Positions 21,035-30,683 of a stretch of 31,336 nucleotides of DNA are shown piece after piece. The notes beneath the pieces were generated by a model. It was not told the origin of the DNA, did no database searches, and saw nothing but the letters and a program-made list of their open reading frames with translations. Numbering within the stretch: the first letter of the stretch is position 1; every line of letters begins with the position of its first letter. The position numbers and the translations under genes were made by a program. The stretch spans positions 1 through 31,336 of the forward strand of contig JAJYXX010000263.1 of assembly GCA_021801545.1 (NCBI GenBank), given 5' to 3'. Origin of the DNA: Chloroflexota bacterium (GTDB taxonomy: Bacteria > Chloroflexota > Limnocylindria > Limnocylindrales > CSP1-4).

Positions 21035-21542
21035 GACCGAAGCCATGCGCCTGCTCGCTGAGACAGGTCAATCAACGCAGGCACCCGTCGACATCGAGGC
21101 GATCGCTCGGCATCTCGGCGCCCAGGTCGTCCAGGAGAGACTGGATCGGTCGGTGTCCGGGATGCTGTACAGAGATGGCGACCATGTGGTCATCGGAGTG
21201 AACTCCGCCCATGTCGATCGCCGGCGGCGATTCACCGTCGCGCACGAGATCGGCCACCTGGTACTGCACAAGGGACGTCCCCTGGTCCTCGACCATGTCC
21301 GCGTGAACTTCCGCGACGCCAACTCGAGCACGGCGAGTGACCTCGAGGAGATCCAGGCGAACGCATTCGCGGCGGAAGTCCTGATGCCGCGTGACCAGGT
21401 CATCGCCAGCGCGAAGCGCCTGTTGGAGGACCGAACGATCACGGAAGCGGCCATCGTCGAGTACCTGGCCCAAGGCTTCGACGTGAGCGATCAGGCGATG
21501 GAATACCGGCTGATCAACCTGGGGTTGCGCCGGCAGGTCTGA
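21021..21542 (+). CDS. ImmA/IrrE-family Zn metallopeptidase (CapP-like), 173 aa
   Basis: RRRFTVAHEIGH (HExxH) and E.QANAFAAEVLMP; overlaps the HTH gene by 14 nt. Confidence 0.9.
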   Translation: MGKAETEAMRLLAETGQSTQAPVDIEAIARHLGAQVVQERLDRSVSGMLYRDGDHVVIGVNSAHVDRRRRFTVAHEIGHLVLHKGRPLVLDHVRVNFRDANSSTASDLEEIQANAFAAEVLMPRDQVIASAKRLLEDRTITEAAIVEYLAQGFDVSDQAMEYRLINLGLRRQV

Positions 21543-21615
21543 GCGCCTGGAGACACGCAAGCGGGCATGACGTCGTAAGCCGAATGCTCGGCTCCGCCTG
21601 GTGTCCGCTTGGCCA

Positions 21616-22953
21616 TTACAGCGCCCTCCCGATGATCCGCTCGGCGTCGTTCACCTGCAGCTCGCCGGAGAGGAGCTTGGGCAGCAGCGTGTCCCGCAGG
21701 GCGGCGAGCGTACGGCATTCTTCGAAGTTCGCTTCCATCTTGGCGCGAATCGGTCGTCCGATTTCCTCAAACCGCATCGCCAGATCCCCGTCGGGAAGTG
21801 CGAGGCGGAGCCTGGGGATGCTTCGCACGTTCAAGGCATCGAGGATCGTGCCCGCGTCGGTGTTCAGCGCAACTTCGTCCCGGAGGGCCTCCGACAGCAG
21901 CGCCTCGAGTAGGAAGGTGGGGTACTCAAAGGATGGCTTGCATCGAACGCCGGTCATGTTCCTGCCGAGCGCCGCGGTGAGTCCGCCTGGTATCTGGGCG
22001 ACCGCGCCAACGCGCCCAACGTTTGTGATCACGCAGTCACCGGGCGACGCCTCCAGTCTTGAGGTCCAGGCCCTGTAGTCGGATTCGTCAATGAGGTAGG
22101 TGTCGGTCATGTCCAGCAGGCCGTCGGCCCGGATGTTCGAGAGCTGGAGAAGGGGCCACCCATGCTCTCGTCGCTCCGGCTTCTTGGCGTGCGAGCAGTC
22201 GATGACGTCTGCGATGTCACCGAGCGGCGCAACCTTCCAACCCCTTGGGATCTCCCCTAGCTCCGAGACCGCGAACGAGTCCGGGAACAACAGGTCGGCG
22301 AGGTGCGGCGGGAGGCCGGGCTCGCGGCCTTCGGCCTTGGCGCGGACGGGGTCGAAGTCGACGAACCAGGACTTGAAGAGCGCCCGCGCGATCGCCTCCA
22401 GGGTCTCGTTCATCCGGCGGTTCAGCTCGATCTTGTCGTCCAGCGTGCCGAGGATGTGGGCGATGACGCGCTGCTCGGGGAGCGGAGGAAGCGCGAACGC
22501 GTAGTCCCGGATCTGGCCGCCGCTGATGTGCGGCACCGCGGTGCCTGTCTGGACTCCGGTGACGTACTCCGTGAAGGCGCGGCCACCGATCACGTACTTG
22601 AGGAAGCCAGTGTCCAGCTTCGCGGTGCCGCGCAGTCTGGCAACCCGTTGCACGAGAAGGGCGGGTAGATCCGAGTCGCGGACAGCCGCGTACTTGAGCC
22701 CTGCCTCGATCCACGGCCGATCCATTGCCAAGATCACGTCGCCTTCGCTCAGCCAGTAACTGTCGAGGTCTCCCATGCCTGAGGCCGGCCATCGCTTGGC
22801 GCCATCCCAACGAAGGACACCCTGCCCGACGTTGTCGCCTCTCAGGAGGCGTGGCGCTGTTGGATCGGTGGTGTAGTGCTGGCTCTCGAAAGGGAACCCG
22901 GTCACCAAGTCCACGACGTCGCCGAGCCGCACGATCGGCCACTCACCCGCCAT
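21616..22953 (-). CDS. hsdS: Type I RM specificity subunit, 445 aa
   Basis: Two TRDs separated by the conserved PPLPEQ..IAHILGTLDDKIELNRRMNETLE; C-terminal L..LRDTLLPKLLSGE. Confidence 0.95.
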   Translation of the reverse strand: MAGEWPIVRLGDVVDLVTGFPFESQHYTTDPTAPRLLRGDNVGQGVLRWDGAKRWPASGMGDLDSYWLSEGDVILAMDRPWIEAGLKYAAVRDSDLPALLVQRVARLRGTAKLDTGFLKYVIGGRAFTEYVTGVQTGTAVPHISGGQIRDYAFALPPLPEQRVIAHILGTLDDKIELNRRMNETLEAIARALFKSWFVDFDPVRAKAEGREPGLPPHLADLLFPDSFAVSELGEIPRGWKVAPLGDIADVIDCSHAKKPERREHGWPLLQLSNIRADGLLDMTDTYLIDESDYRAWTSRLEASPGDCVITNVGRVGAVAQIPGGLTAALGRNMTGVRCKPSFEYPTFLLEALLSEALRDEVALNTDAGTILDALNVRSIPRLRLALPDGDLAMRFEEIGRPIRAKMEANFEECRTLAALRDTLLPKLLSGELQVNDAERIIGRAL

Positions 22954-22975
22954 ACCCGAGCTCCCGCAGGTTCGC
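22943..22975 (-). pseudogene. Orphan HsdM-like C-terminal tail (ANLRELGYGG*) overlapping the hsdS start
   Basis: TAT GGC GGG TGA overlaps ATG GCG GGT GAG. The peptide parallels the resident HsdM end ENLARLGY. Confidence 0.5.
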
Positions 22976-23208
22976 GGCCTTGGCAAGATCCACGTTCGAC
23001 GCGAGCTCGGCCGGCTTGAAACCCCTGCCGTGCGCATTCTGGCTGCGGATCGAAGGCGCGGATGCAAAAGAGAGAACCCCGGCGGAGGCCGTTACCGGCT
23101 GATCCGACGGGGAGTAGATGTCGACACGGTAGTCTGAACGCTCGGGCCGGTCAATCAGGGCGATCGGCCACGTCCGAACCGGCCCTGACCCCACGCGGCG
23201 ACCGCCTG

Positions 23209-23556
23209 TCACCGCCCGCGATCCTCGAGGTCCCGCAGGAGCCGTTGCAGGGCGGGCTGGAGGGCTGGAACGTCTCGATTCGCCGCGTCCCAGACGATGT
23301 CGGCGTCGATCTCGAAGTACCCGTGGACCAGGACGTTCCGCATCCCGACGATGCTCGGCCACGGCACGTCAGGCGCGAGGGCACGAACATCCTCCGGGAT
23401 GCCTCGCGCGGCCTCGCCCAGGATCTGCAGGTTGCGCAGAAACCACACCTGGAGCAGCTCATCGCGCTCGAAGGACGCTCGATCGCGATCGCGATACCGC
23501 TCGATGGCTGCAATCGCATCGAGCATGTCCCTGAGTCGCTCCGCGGGATTCCTCAC
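23209..23556 (-). CDS. hepT: HepT/DUF86 HEPN RNase toxin, 115 aa
   Basis: RNVLVHGY fits Rx4HxY; GEAA motif; GTGA overlap with the upstream MNT. Confidence 0.92.
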   Translation of the reverse strand: MRNPAERLRDMLDAIAAIERYRDRDRASFERDELLQVWFLRNLQILGEAARGIPEDVRALAPDVPWPSIVGMRNVLVHGYFEIDADIVWDAANRDVPALQPALQRLLRDLEDRGR

Positions 23557-23843
23557 ACCAGGACGGCCTCACGCAGCACGGTGCTGCGGATCCGTGCCTT
23601 CAGGCCGCGCACGGTCACGACGTCGACAGGGCGCCCGAGCAATGATTCGAGTTCGACCTGGAGGCCGCCGAGGTCGAGGAGTGACCTGCCGGGTTCCATC
23701 TCGACGAGGAAGTCGATATCGCTCGTCTCGTCTGCCTCTCCGCGGGCGACCGAGCCGAAGATTCGAACGTTGTGCGCCCCGTGCCGTGCGGAAACGCGGA
23801 GGATTTCCTCGCGCTTCCGCTTCACCAGTTGCTCAGTCGTCAT
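23553..23843 (-). CDS. mntA: MntA minimal nucleotidyltransferase antitoxin, 96 aa
   Basis: [16 protein letters not shown] fits GS-x10-DxD; LGRPVDVV. Confidence 0.92.
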   Translation of the reverse strand: MTTEQLVKRKREEILRVSARHGAHNVRIFGSVARGEADETSDIDFLVEMEPGRSLLDLGGLQVELESLLGRPVDVVTVRGLKARIRSTVLREAVLV

Positions 23844-23855
23844 ATCCCAGCGCCC

Positions 23856-24203
23856 TCACTCCTGCGTGGCACCCAACAGCGCACTGATCTCGCGACTGAG
23901 GATCGGCAACTTCGTCTCAAGGATGTCCCAGACCAGTCGGTCATCCACGTCGGCGTACCCGTGGATGAGGATGTTGCGGAAGTCGATGATGCTGCGGTGC
24001 TGGCTGACTCTGGTGGCAAGTTCCGGATCGCGTCTGGCGAGCTGCGCAAGGGCTTCACCGATGATCTCGAATTCGCGCTCGACCGCGGCGCGCAGCATGG
24101 CCTCACCAGCATAGTCGGCGAAGTTCTTGCCGGCGGTGAATTGCGCGAGCAACGTCGCAGCCTGCTGGATGTCGTAGAGGTATTTCCTGGCCTCAAGCCG
24201 CAT
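23856..24203 (-). CDS. hepT: HepT/DUF86 HEPN RNase toxin, 115 aa
   Basis: ATG 24203: [12 protein letters not shown]...AAVEREFEIIGEA...RNILIHGY. Confidence 0.92.
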   Translation of the reverse strand: MRLEARKYLYDIQQAATLLAQFTAGKNFADYAGEAMLRAAVEREFEIIGEALAQLARRDPELATRVSQHRSIIDFRNILIHGYADVDDRLVWDILETKLPILSREISALLGATQE

Positions 24204-24501
24204 AGAGCAACGCCTTGGTCTGATCGATGGACTGCCTGAAATAGGGGTTCTTGATGGCTGACGCGACCACCAGGTCCACCGGCCGCCCCAAGAGCCGCTC
24301 CAGAGATTCGAGCAGCCCGAAGTAGGCATCGGCGTACTGTCCCGCTGGCAGGCTCTCGAAGTCGACCAGGAAGTCGAAATCGCTCTGCTGCGGGTTGAAG
24401 TCGTCGCGCGTGGCCGAGCCGAACAGGGACAGACTGAGCACATGATGACGCCGACAGAGCTCCGCCAGCTCGGCGCGGTTGTTTTCGATCGAGGGGATCA
24501 C
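24193..24501 (-). CDS. mntA: MntA minimal nucleotidyltransferase antitoxin, 102 aa
   Basis: [17 protein letters not shown] (GS-x11-DxD); GTG start overlaps the hsdM stop. Confidence 0.9.
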   Translation of the reverse strand: MIPSIENNRAELAELCRRHHVLSLSLFGSATRDDFNPQQSDFDFLVDFESLPAGQYADAYFGLLESLERLLGRPVDLVVASAIKNPYFRQSIDQTKALLYAA

Positions 24502-26060
24502 GGGGCATCCTCCTTGCCGACACGGTAGCCGAGACGGGCGAGATTCTCACGTATGGCGGCATCGAGCCGCGCGCCTTCCTCGTATTGTGCCGCCAAGGTT
24601 TGCGTGAGGCGGCGCATCTTCTCGTCGAAGGGCTCGTCGTCCTCCTCGGCGGCCGCCGCTCCGACGTAGCGGCCGGGCGTGAGGACGTGACCGTGCTTCC
24701 GGATCTCGTCGAGCGGCGCCGCTCGGCAGAAGCCGGGCACGTCGGCGTATTCGCCCGCGCCCTCATCACCGCGCCAGGCGTGGTACGTGCCGGCGATCGT
24801 CGCGACGTCGTCGTCGGTCAGCTCGCGGTGGGTCCGATCGACGAGGGTGCCCATCTTCCGGGCATCGATGAAGAGCGTCTCGCCGCGCCGGTCGCGGAAG
24901 CGGCCGTTGCGCTTGTCGCGGGCGAGGAACCAGAGGCAAACCGGGATCTGGGTCGAGTAGAAGAGCTGGCCCGGCAGGGCGACCATGGCGTCGACGAGGT
25001 CCGCCTCGACGATCGATCGGCGGATCTCGCCCTCGCCGGACTGGTTCGTCGACATCGAGCCGTTGGCCAGGACGAAGCCGGCGATCCCGGTCGGCGCGAG
25101 ATGGCTGATGAAGTGCTGGACCCAGGCGAAGTTCGCGTTGCCCGCCGGCGGCTCGCCATAGACCCAGCGCTTGTCACCCCTGAGGAGTCCGCCCCGCCAG
25201 TCGCTGTCGTTGAAGGGCGGATTGGCGAGGACGTAGTCGGCCTTGAGGTCGGGATGGCGGTCGTTGTGGAAGGTGTCGCCGTGAGCGATCTGGGCGTCGA
25301 TCCCGCGGATCGCGAGGTTCATCTTGGCCAGGCGCCAGGTCGTGTAGTTGGACTCCTGGCCGTAGATGCTGATGTCGCCGAGCCGGCCGCTGTGGGCCTC
25401 GATGAACTTCTCGCTGCTGACGAACATGCCGCCGGAGCCGCAGCACGGGTCGTAGACGCGGCCCTTGTACGGCGCGAGCATCTCGACGAGGATCCGGACG
25501 ACGTGGGACGGCGTGTAGAACTGGCCGCCCTTCTTGCCCTCGGCGCTCGCGAACTGGGCGAGGAAGTACTCGTAGACCCGGCCGAGCGTGTCCTTCGCGC
25601 GGTCGGCGGGGGCCCCGAGCGCGATGTCGGTCACGAGGTTGATGAGCTGGCCGAGGCGCTGCTTGTCGAGGCCGGGCCGGGCGTAGTCCTTGGGCAGGAC
25701 GCCCTTGAGCGTCGGGTTGTCGCGCTCGATGGCGGTCATCGCGTCGTCGACGAGCGTGCCGATCGTCGGCTGGGGCGCGCTGGCCCGCAGGTGCGACCAG
25801 CGGGCCTCCTTCGGCACCCAGAAGATGCTCGCGGCACGGTACTCGTCGGGGTCCTCGGGGTCGGCGCCCTGGGAGCGGTCGGCCTCGAGATCGGCGTGTT
25901 TGGCCTCGAACGCGTCGGAGATGTACTTGAGGAAGATGAGGCCGAGGACGACGTGCTTGTACTCGGCGGCGTCCATGTTGTTGCGCAGGGCGTCGGCCGT
26001 TTGCCAAAGCCGCGCCTCGAGGCTGGCTTCCGGTCGCGCTGCCGTTGATCTGACCTGCAC
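24498..26060 (-). CDS. hsdM: Type I RM N6-adenine methyltransferase, 520 aa
   Basis: LW..ADALR N-terminus, [15 protein letters not shown] (SAM binding), catalytic NPPF. Confidence 0.97.
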   Translation of the reverse strand: MQVRSTAARPEASLEARLWQTADALRNNMDAAEYKHVVLGLIFLKYISDAFEAKHADLEADRSQGADPEDPDEYRAASIFWVPKEARWSHLRASAPQPTIGTLVDDAMTAIERDNPTLKGVLPKDYARPGLDKQRLGQLINLVTDIALGAPADRAKDTLGRVYEYFLAQFASAEGKKGGQFYTPSHVVRILVEMLAPYKGRVYDPCCGSGGMFVSSEKFIEAHSGRLGDISIYGQESNYTTWRLAKMNLAIRGIDAQIAHGDTFHNDRHPDLKADYVLANPPFNDSDWRGGLLRGDKRWVYGEPPAGNANFAWVQHFISHLAPTGIAGFVLANGSMSTNQSGEGEIRRSIVEADLVDAMVALPGQLFYSTQIPVCLWFLARDKRNGRFRDRRGETLFIDARKMGTLVDRTHRELTDDDVATIAGTYHAWRGDEGAGEYADVPGFCRAAPLDEIRKHGHVLTPGRYVGAAAAEEDDEPFDEKMRRLTQTLAAQYEEGARLDAAIRENLARLGYRVGKEDAP

Positions 26061-26175
26061 CCGTCAAGCCCCCTTCGTCGTTCGCTGCGACCTAGTGTGC
26101 GATACCGCTCGGGCAGTCGTATGAACTTATGAGAGCCGCCGGAGCTCAGTCATCCCACCCGCTTCTGGCTTCGCC

Positions 26176-27159
26176 TCAGTAGGCCGCGAGCGTCCGGATC
26201 CCCTCGGCGATCTTCTCCGGGTTCACCATGAACCAGTCCTCGAGGACGTGGTTGTAGGGGACACCCGGCACGTCCGGTCCGGCGACGCGCATAACCGGGC
26301 CGTCGAGGTAGTCGAACGCCTCCTCGGCGACGATCGCGGCGATCTCCGCCCCGTAGCCGCCGAACCGGTTGTCCTCGTAGACGACGAGGCACTTGCCGGT
26401 CTTGCGAACAGACCCCAGCAGCGTCTCCCGGTCGAGCGGGCGCAGCGTGCGCAGGTCCACGACCTCGACGCTGATCCCCTCCTCGGCCACCCGCTCGGCT
26501 GCCTCGAGGGCGTAGTGGGCCATCAACCCGTAGGCGACGACGGTCACCCGGGTCCCGACCCTGGTCACGGCCGCCCGCCCGATCGGCACCGTGTACTCGC
26601 CGTCGGGCACGTCGCCCCGGACGCTCCGGTACATCTTCTTGTGCTCGAAGAAGAGAACCGGATCGTCGTCCCGGATCGCCGAGCGGAGCAGGCCCTTCGC
26701 GTCGTACGGGGTCGAGGGCACGATCACCTTCAGCCCCGGGACATGGGTGAAGAACGCCTCGACCGATTGCGAGTGATAGAGCGCGCCGTGGACGCCACCG
26801 CCATACGGGGCACGAATCGTGATCGGGCAGCCGAACGCGTTGTTCGAGCGGTAGCGCATCCGCGCCGCCTCCGAGACGATCTGGTTGAAGGCCGGGAAGA
26901 TGAAGTCGGCGAACTGGATCTCGGCAACCGGACGCAGCCCGTTCGCGGCAGCCCCGATCGAGGTCCCCACGATCATCGACTCGGTGAGCGGCGTGTCGAT
27001 CACCCGGGTCTCGCCGAACTCGGCATGGAGGCCATCGGTGACGAGGAAGACGCCGCCCTTCACGCCGACGTCCTCGCCCAGGACGATGATCGACGGGTCG
27101 CGCCGCATCTCCTCGCCGAGCGTGTCGCGGATCGCCTCGAGGAACGTCCGGATGGCCAT
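26176..27159 (-). CDS. bkdAB: 2-oxoacid dehydrogenase E1 beta (branched-chain type likely), 327 aa
   Basis: GEDVG..GGVF, DTPLTE, EIQFADF, GALYHSQS. Substrate class is inferred. Confidence 0.9.
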   Translation of the reverse strand: MAIRTFLEAIRDTLGEEMRRDPSIIVLGEDVGVKGGVFLVTDGLHAEFGETRVIDTPLTESMIVGTSIGAAANGLRPVAEIQFADFIFPAFNQIVSEAARMRYRSNNAFGCPITIRAPYGGGVHGALYHSQSVEAFFTHVPGLKVIVPSTPYDAKGLLRSAIRDDDPVLFFEHKKMYRSVRGDVPDGEYTVPIGRAAVTRVGTRVTVVAYGLMAHYALEAAERVAEEGISVEVVDLRTLRPLDRETLLGSVRKTGKCLVVYEDNRFGGYGAEIAAIVAEEAFDYLDGPVMRVAGPDVPGVPYNHVLEDWFMVNPEKIAEGIRTLAAY

Positions 27160-28187
27160 CAGCCCGCGCCCCCGCCGGTCGCCGGGCGATCCTCGGCGTA
27201 GACGTACCAGGTCGCGCTCGCCGGGTCCGGGTCCGGCTGGGACTCGGCGTAGCTGGTCGCATCGTCGACCAGGCCCGCGATCTCGGTCGCCAGGCGCCCC
27301 TCGATCTCCGGGGTGAGGATGCCGGCCGTCGCCAGCTGCTCGCGGAAGCGCGGCAACGGGTCGCGCGCCCGCTCCGCGGCGAGCTCCTCGGCGGTGCGGT
27401 ACTTCGTCTGCTGATCGTCCGACGAGTGCGGGGTCAGCCGTGTCACCTTCGCCTCGATGAGCGTCGGACCCCCGCCCGTCCGGGCCCGCTCGACCGCCTC
27501 GCGCGCCACCCGGTAGGCGCCCAGGACGTCAGCCCCGTCGACGATCACGCCGGGGATCCCGTAGCCGGCGGCCCGAGCCGCGACATCCGGAAGGGCGAGC
27601 TCCTTGACCGACGGGACGCTGATCGCGTAGCCGTTGTTCTCGACGACGAGGATCATCGGCAGGTGGTGGATCGCCGCGAAGTTCAGGCCTTCGTGGACGT
27701 CGCCCTGGTTGCTCGACCCCTCGCCCATGAACGTGATCGCGACCTGGCCGGTGCCCCGGATCTGCGCCGCCAGGGCGATCCCGGCGGCGTGGAGGATCTG
27801 CGTCGCCACCGGCGAGGACGAGGAGAGGATGTTGTACGCCGCTCCGCCGTAGTGGCCGGGCATCTGGCGTCCTCCCGACGAGGGATCGCTGGCCTTGGCG
27901 TACTGGGCGAGCATGATCTCGCGCGGCGACATCCCGAACGTCAGGACCGCGGCGATCGAGCGGTAGTACGGGACCATCCAGTCGAGTCCGGGGCGGAGCG
28001 CCGAGACGATGCCTACCTGGGCGCCCTCGTGGCCCTGGCCACTGATGACGAACGGGACGCGTCCGGCCCGGTTGAGGATCCACATCCGTTCGTCGATCGC
28101 CCGGGCGAGCGCGACCATCCGGTACATCGCCAGCAGCTGGTCATCGCCCAGCCCGACGGCCGCACCGAGGTGCTCGGTGGCCGTCAT
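27159..28187 (-). CDS. bkdAA: 2-oxoacid dehydrogenase E1 alpha (branched-chain type likely), ~342 aa
   Basis: QGHEG, TPP motif GEGSSNQGD...ENN, RLTPHSSDD; TGATG coupling to the beta gene. Confidence 0.9.
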   Translation of the reverse strand: MTATEHLGAAVGLGDDQLLAMYRMVALARAIDERMWILNRAGRVPFVISGQGHEGAQVGIVSALRPGLDWMVPYYRSIAAVLTFGMSPREIMLAQYAKASDPSSGGRQMPGHYGGAAYNILSSSSPVATQILHAAGIALAAQIRGTGQVAITFMGEGSSNQGDVHEGLNFAAIHHLPMILVVENNGYAISVPSVKELALPDVAARAAGYGIPGVIVDGADVLGAYRVAREAVERARTGGGPTLIEAKVTRLTPHSSDDQQTKYRTAEELAAERARDPLPRFREQLATAGILTPEIEGRLATEIAGLVDDATSYAESQPDPDPASATWYVYAEDRPATGGGAG

Positions 28188-28241
28188 CGTTGCCGACCTG
28201 CCGTCATCGCCCGCCGACCTCACCCGCCGTCATCGCCCGTC

Positions 28242-29693
28242 CTAGAAGTTGATCGACCGGCCGTCGACCGCCATCGCCGCCTCGCCGATGATCTCCGAGA
28301 GCGTCGGATGGGGATGGGTCGAACCGCCGATCTCCCACGGCGTGGCCTCGAGCTCGAGGGCAACCGACGCCTCGGCGATCAGGTCGGTCGCGTGCGGCCC
28401 GACGAGATGGACCCCGAGCGTGTCGCCGGTCTCGGCGTTGCCGATCACCTTGGCGAAGCCCTCGTACTCCCCGCCGATGAGCGCCTTGGCGATCGCCTGG
28501 AAGGGCACCTTGCCGACCAGGTACGGAATGCCCAGCTCCTGGCACTGCTGCTCGGTCAGCCCGATCGAGGCGATCTCCGGGCGGCAGTAGGTCGCGCGCG
28601 GCTGCTTCACGTAGTCGATCGGATGGACGTTCGTGTCGCCGGCGATCGTGTGGGCGGCGACGATCCCCTCGTGGGCCGCCGTGTGGGCGAGCCACAGCCC
28701 GCCGACGATGTCTCCGACCGCGTAGACGTGCGGCTCGCGTGTCCGCATCTGCTCATCGACCTTGATGATCCCGCGCTCGACCTCGACCCGGGTCGTCTCG
28801 AGACCGATCCCCTCGATGTTCGCCGCCCGGCCGGTCGCGACGAGCATCACCTCGGCCCGGATCTCCTCGGCCGTGCCGCCCTCGGGACCGGCCGAGACGA
28901 CGACGCCCTCGCCCTCGACCTTGACCGCGGCCGGATCGAATCGGGCGTTCGTCATCACCCGGATGCCGCGCCTGGCGAAGCTCCGCTCGAGCAGCGCGCT
29001 CACCTCACGATCCTCGAGGGGCACGATCGAGGACAGGTACTCGAGCACGGTCACCTTCGTGCCGAGATCGGCGTAGAACGAGGCGAACTCGACCCCGACC
29101 GCGCCGGCGCCCACGATGATGATGCTCGCCGGGTAGGTCTCGCGCCGGAGGATGTCGTCGCTGGTCAGGATCCGCTCCCCGTCCGGGACGAGACCGGGCA
29201 GGCTCTTCACCCGGCTGCCGGTGGCGACGATGATGTCGGTCGCCTCGAGCAGCCGCTCGCCGCCCGCCCCGGGCGTCCCGTCCTCGCTGGGCTGGCTGAC
29301 CCGGACCCGGCCCGGCCCTTCGAGGCGTCCCCGGCCCTGGACCCAGGTCACCTTGTTCTTGTCGACGAGCGACTTCAGGCCGGTCCACATCCGCTTCACC
29401 ACCTGGTCACGGCGCTTCGCCATCGTCGCGTAGTCGACGCCCGGCTCGCCCGGCTCGCCCGGCAGCACGACGCCGAAGTCCTTCAGGTGGCGCGCCCGGT
29501 TCATCATCTCGGCCGACTCGAGGAGCGCCTTGGTCGGGATGCAGCCGCGATGGAGGCACGTCCCGCCGATCTTGTCCTCGTCGACGAGGGCGACCCGGAG
29601 ACCGAGCTGGGCCGCCCGGAACGCGGCGCTGTAGCCGCCGGTGCCCGCGCCGAGCACGACGAGATCGAACGAGTTGGACGAGCCGACAGCCAT
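28242..29693 (-). CDS. lpdA: Dihydrolipoamide dehydrogenase (E3), ~483 aa
   Basis: GAGTGG FAD motif, redox-active GGTCLHRGCIP, GAGAVG NAD motif, C-terminal HPHPTLSE. Confidence 0.97.
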   Translation of the reverse strand: MAVGSSNSFDLVVLGAGTGGYSAAFRAAQLGLRVALVDEDKIGGTCLHRGCIPTKALLESAEMMNRARHLKDFGVVLPGEPGEPGVDYATMAKRRDQVVKRMWTGLKSLVDKNKVTWVQGRGRLEGPGRVRVSQPSEDGTPGAGGERLLEATDIIVATGSRVKSLPGLVPDGERILTSDDILRRETYPASIIIVGAGAVGVEFASFYADLGTKVTVLEYLSSIVPLEDREVSALLERSFARRGIRVMTNARFDPAAVKVEGEGVVVSAGPEGGTAEEIRAEVMLVATGRAANIEGIGLETTRVEVERGIIKVDEQMRTREPHVYAVGDIVGGLWLAHTAAHEGIVAAHTIAGDTNVHPIDYVKQPRATYCRPEIASIGLTEQQCQELGIPYLVGKVPFQAIAKALIGGEYEGFAKVIGNAETGDTLGVHLVGPHATDLIAEASVALELEATPWEIGGSTHPHPTLSEIIGEAAMAVDGRSINF

Positions 29694-30025
29694 GGTCAAG
29701 GTGCCTTTCGCAGGACGTGGATGGAGTCAGGGAGCGCGGTGCGGGGGGAACAAACCGGTGGGCCGAGCCGACCGCAAACGCGCGATCGCTCGGGCTGGTG
29801 GTGGTCACCGGGCGATGGTACGCGCGCCGTCGCGATCGGCGCAACCGCGACCGCCTGCCGGCTGAGCCGTGGCAAACCGCCCGGGAGGTCAGCCAGGGCC
29901 CCACCCGGTCGAGAGGGCCCCCACCCGGTCAGCGCGCGGGCGGTGCTAGACTGCCCCCGCCGGCGGCCCTGATGCCCGCCGGCGGCCCTGGTGCCCGCCG
30001 AGCGCCTCGCAACGGAGTGTCGAAG

Positions 30026-30682
30026 ATGGACGCCGCAAGGCTGGCAGCCGCGGTCCTGCTCGTGGCGTTCGCCTACCTGTCAGGGTCGGTCCCGATGGGC
30101 GTCATCGTGGCTCGCCTCTCCGGCGGACCGGACCCGCGCACGGTCGGCTCGGGGCGAACGGGCGGCACGAACGCCCTGCGAGCGCTTGGTCGCAAGTGGG
30201 CAGCCGCTGTCGTCACCGGCGACCTCCTGAAGGGCGCGCTTCCGGTCCTGCTCGCCCGCGCGCTCACCGGGGGCGACGCAGCGGTCGAGGTGGCGGCCGG
30301 GCTGGCCGCGGTCACGGGAGCGTCACACTCGATCTTCCTCGGTTTCGGCGGGGGTCGCGGCGTGGGCACCGGGGTCGGCACGATGCTCGTCATCCAGCCC
30401 CTGGCGGTCATCCTGGCCACGCCCGTCTTCGTCGGGGTGATCCTCGTCACGCGCTACGTCTCGCTCGGCTCGCTCCTCTCGTCGGCCGCCACGGTGCTGA
30501 TCGTTGCCCTCTGGTGGCTGGCGGCGAACGGCTCGGTCCCGGTCGCCTACCCAATCTACGCCGGGCTCGGCGCCGGGCTGATCTGGCTCGCCCACGCCGA
30601 CAACATCGACCGGCTCCTGCATGGCAAGGAGCGCAAGTTCGACCTGGGCCTGCTCAGCCGAGGGCGCCCCGGCGGGACATGA
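30026..30682 (+). CDS. plsY: Glycerol-3-phosphate acyltransferase PlsY, 218 aa
   Basis: YL.GSVP.G, DPR..GSG..GGTN..R, DLLKG, GH/SH.IF..F.GGRGV.T, H.DNI.RL..G.E. Confidence 0.93.
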   Translation: MDAARLAAAVLLVAFAYLSGSVPMGVIVARLSGGPDPRTVGSGRTGGTNALRALGRKWAAAVVTGDLLKGALPVLLARALTGGDAAVEVAAGLAAVTGASHSIFLGFGGGRGVGTGVGTMLVIQPLAVILATPVFVGVILVTRYVSLGSLLSSAATVLIVALWWLAANGSVPVAYPIYAGLGAGLIWLAHADNIDRLLHGKERKFDLGLLSRGRPGGT

Positions 30683-30683
30683 A

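Noticed and set aside
20519-21046. 176-aa N-terminal extension of Cap4 in the 682-aa track ORF
   Set aside because: Overlaps the divergent HTH gene and promoters; Cap4 homology starts at ATG 20518.
29439-29463. 9-bp tandem repeat in lpd (PGEPGEPG)
   Set aside because: In-frame short loop duplication in a housekeeping gene; no evidence of phase variation.
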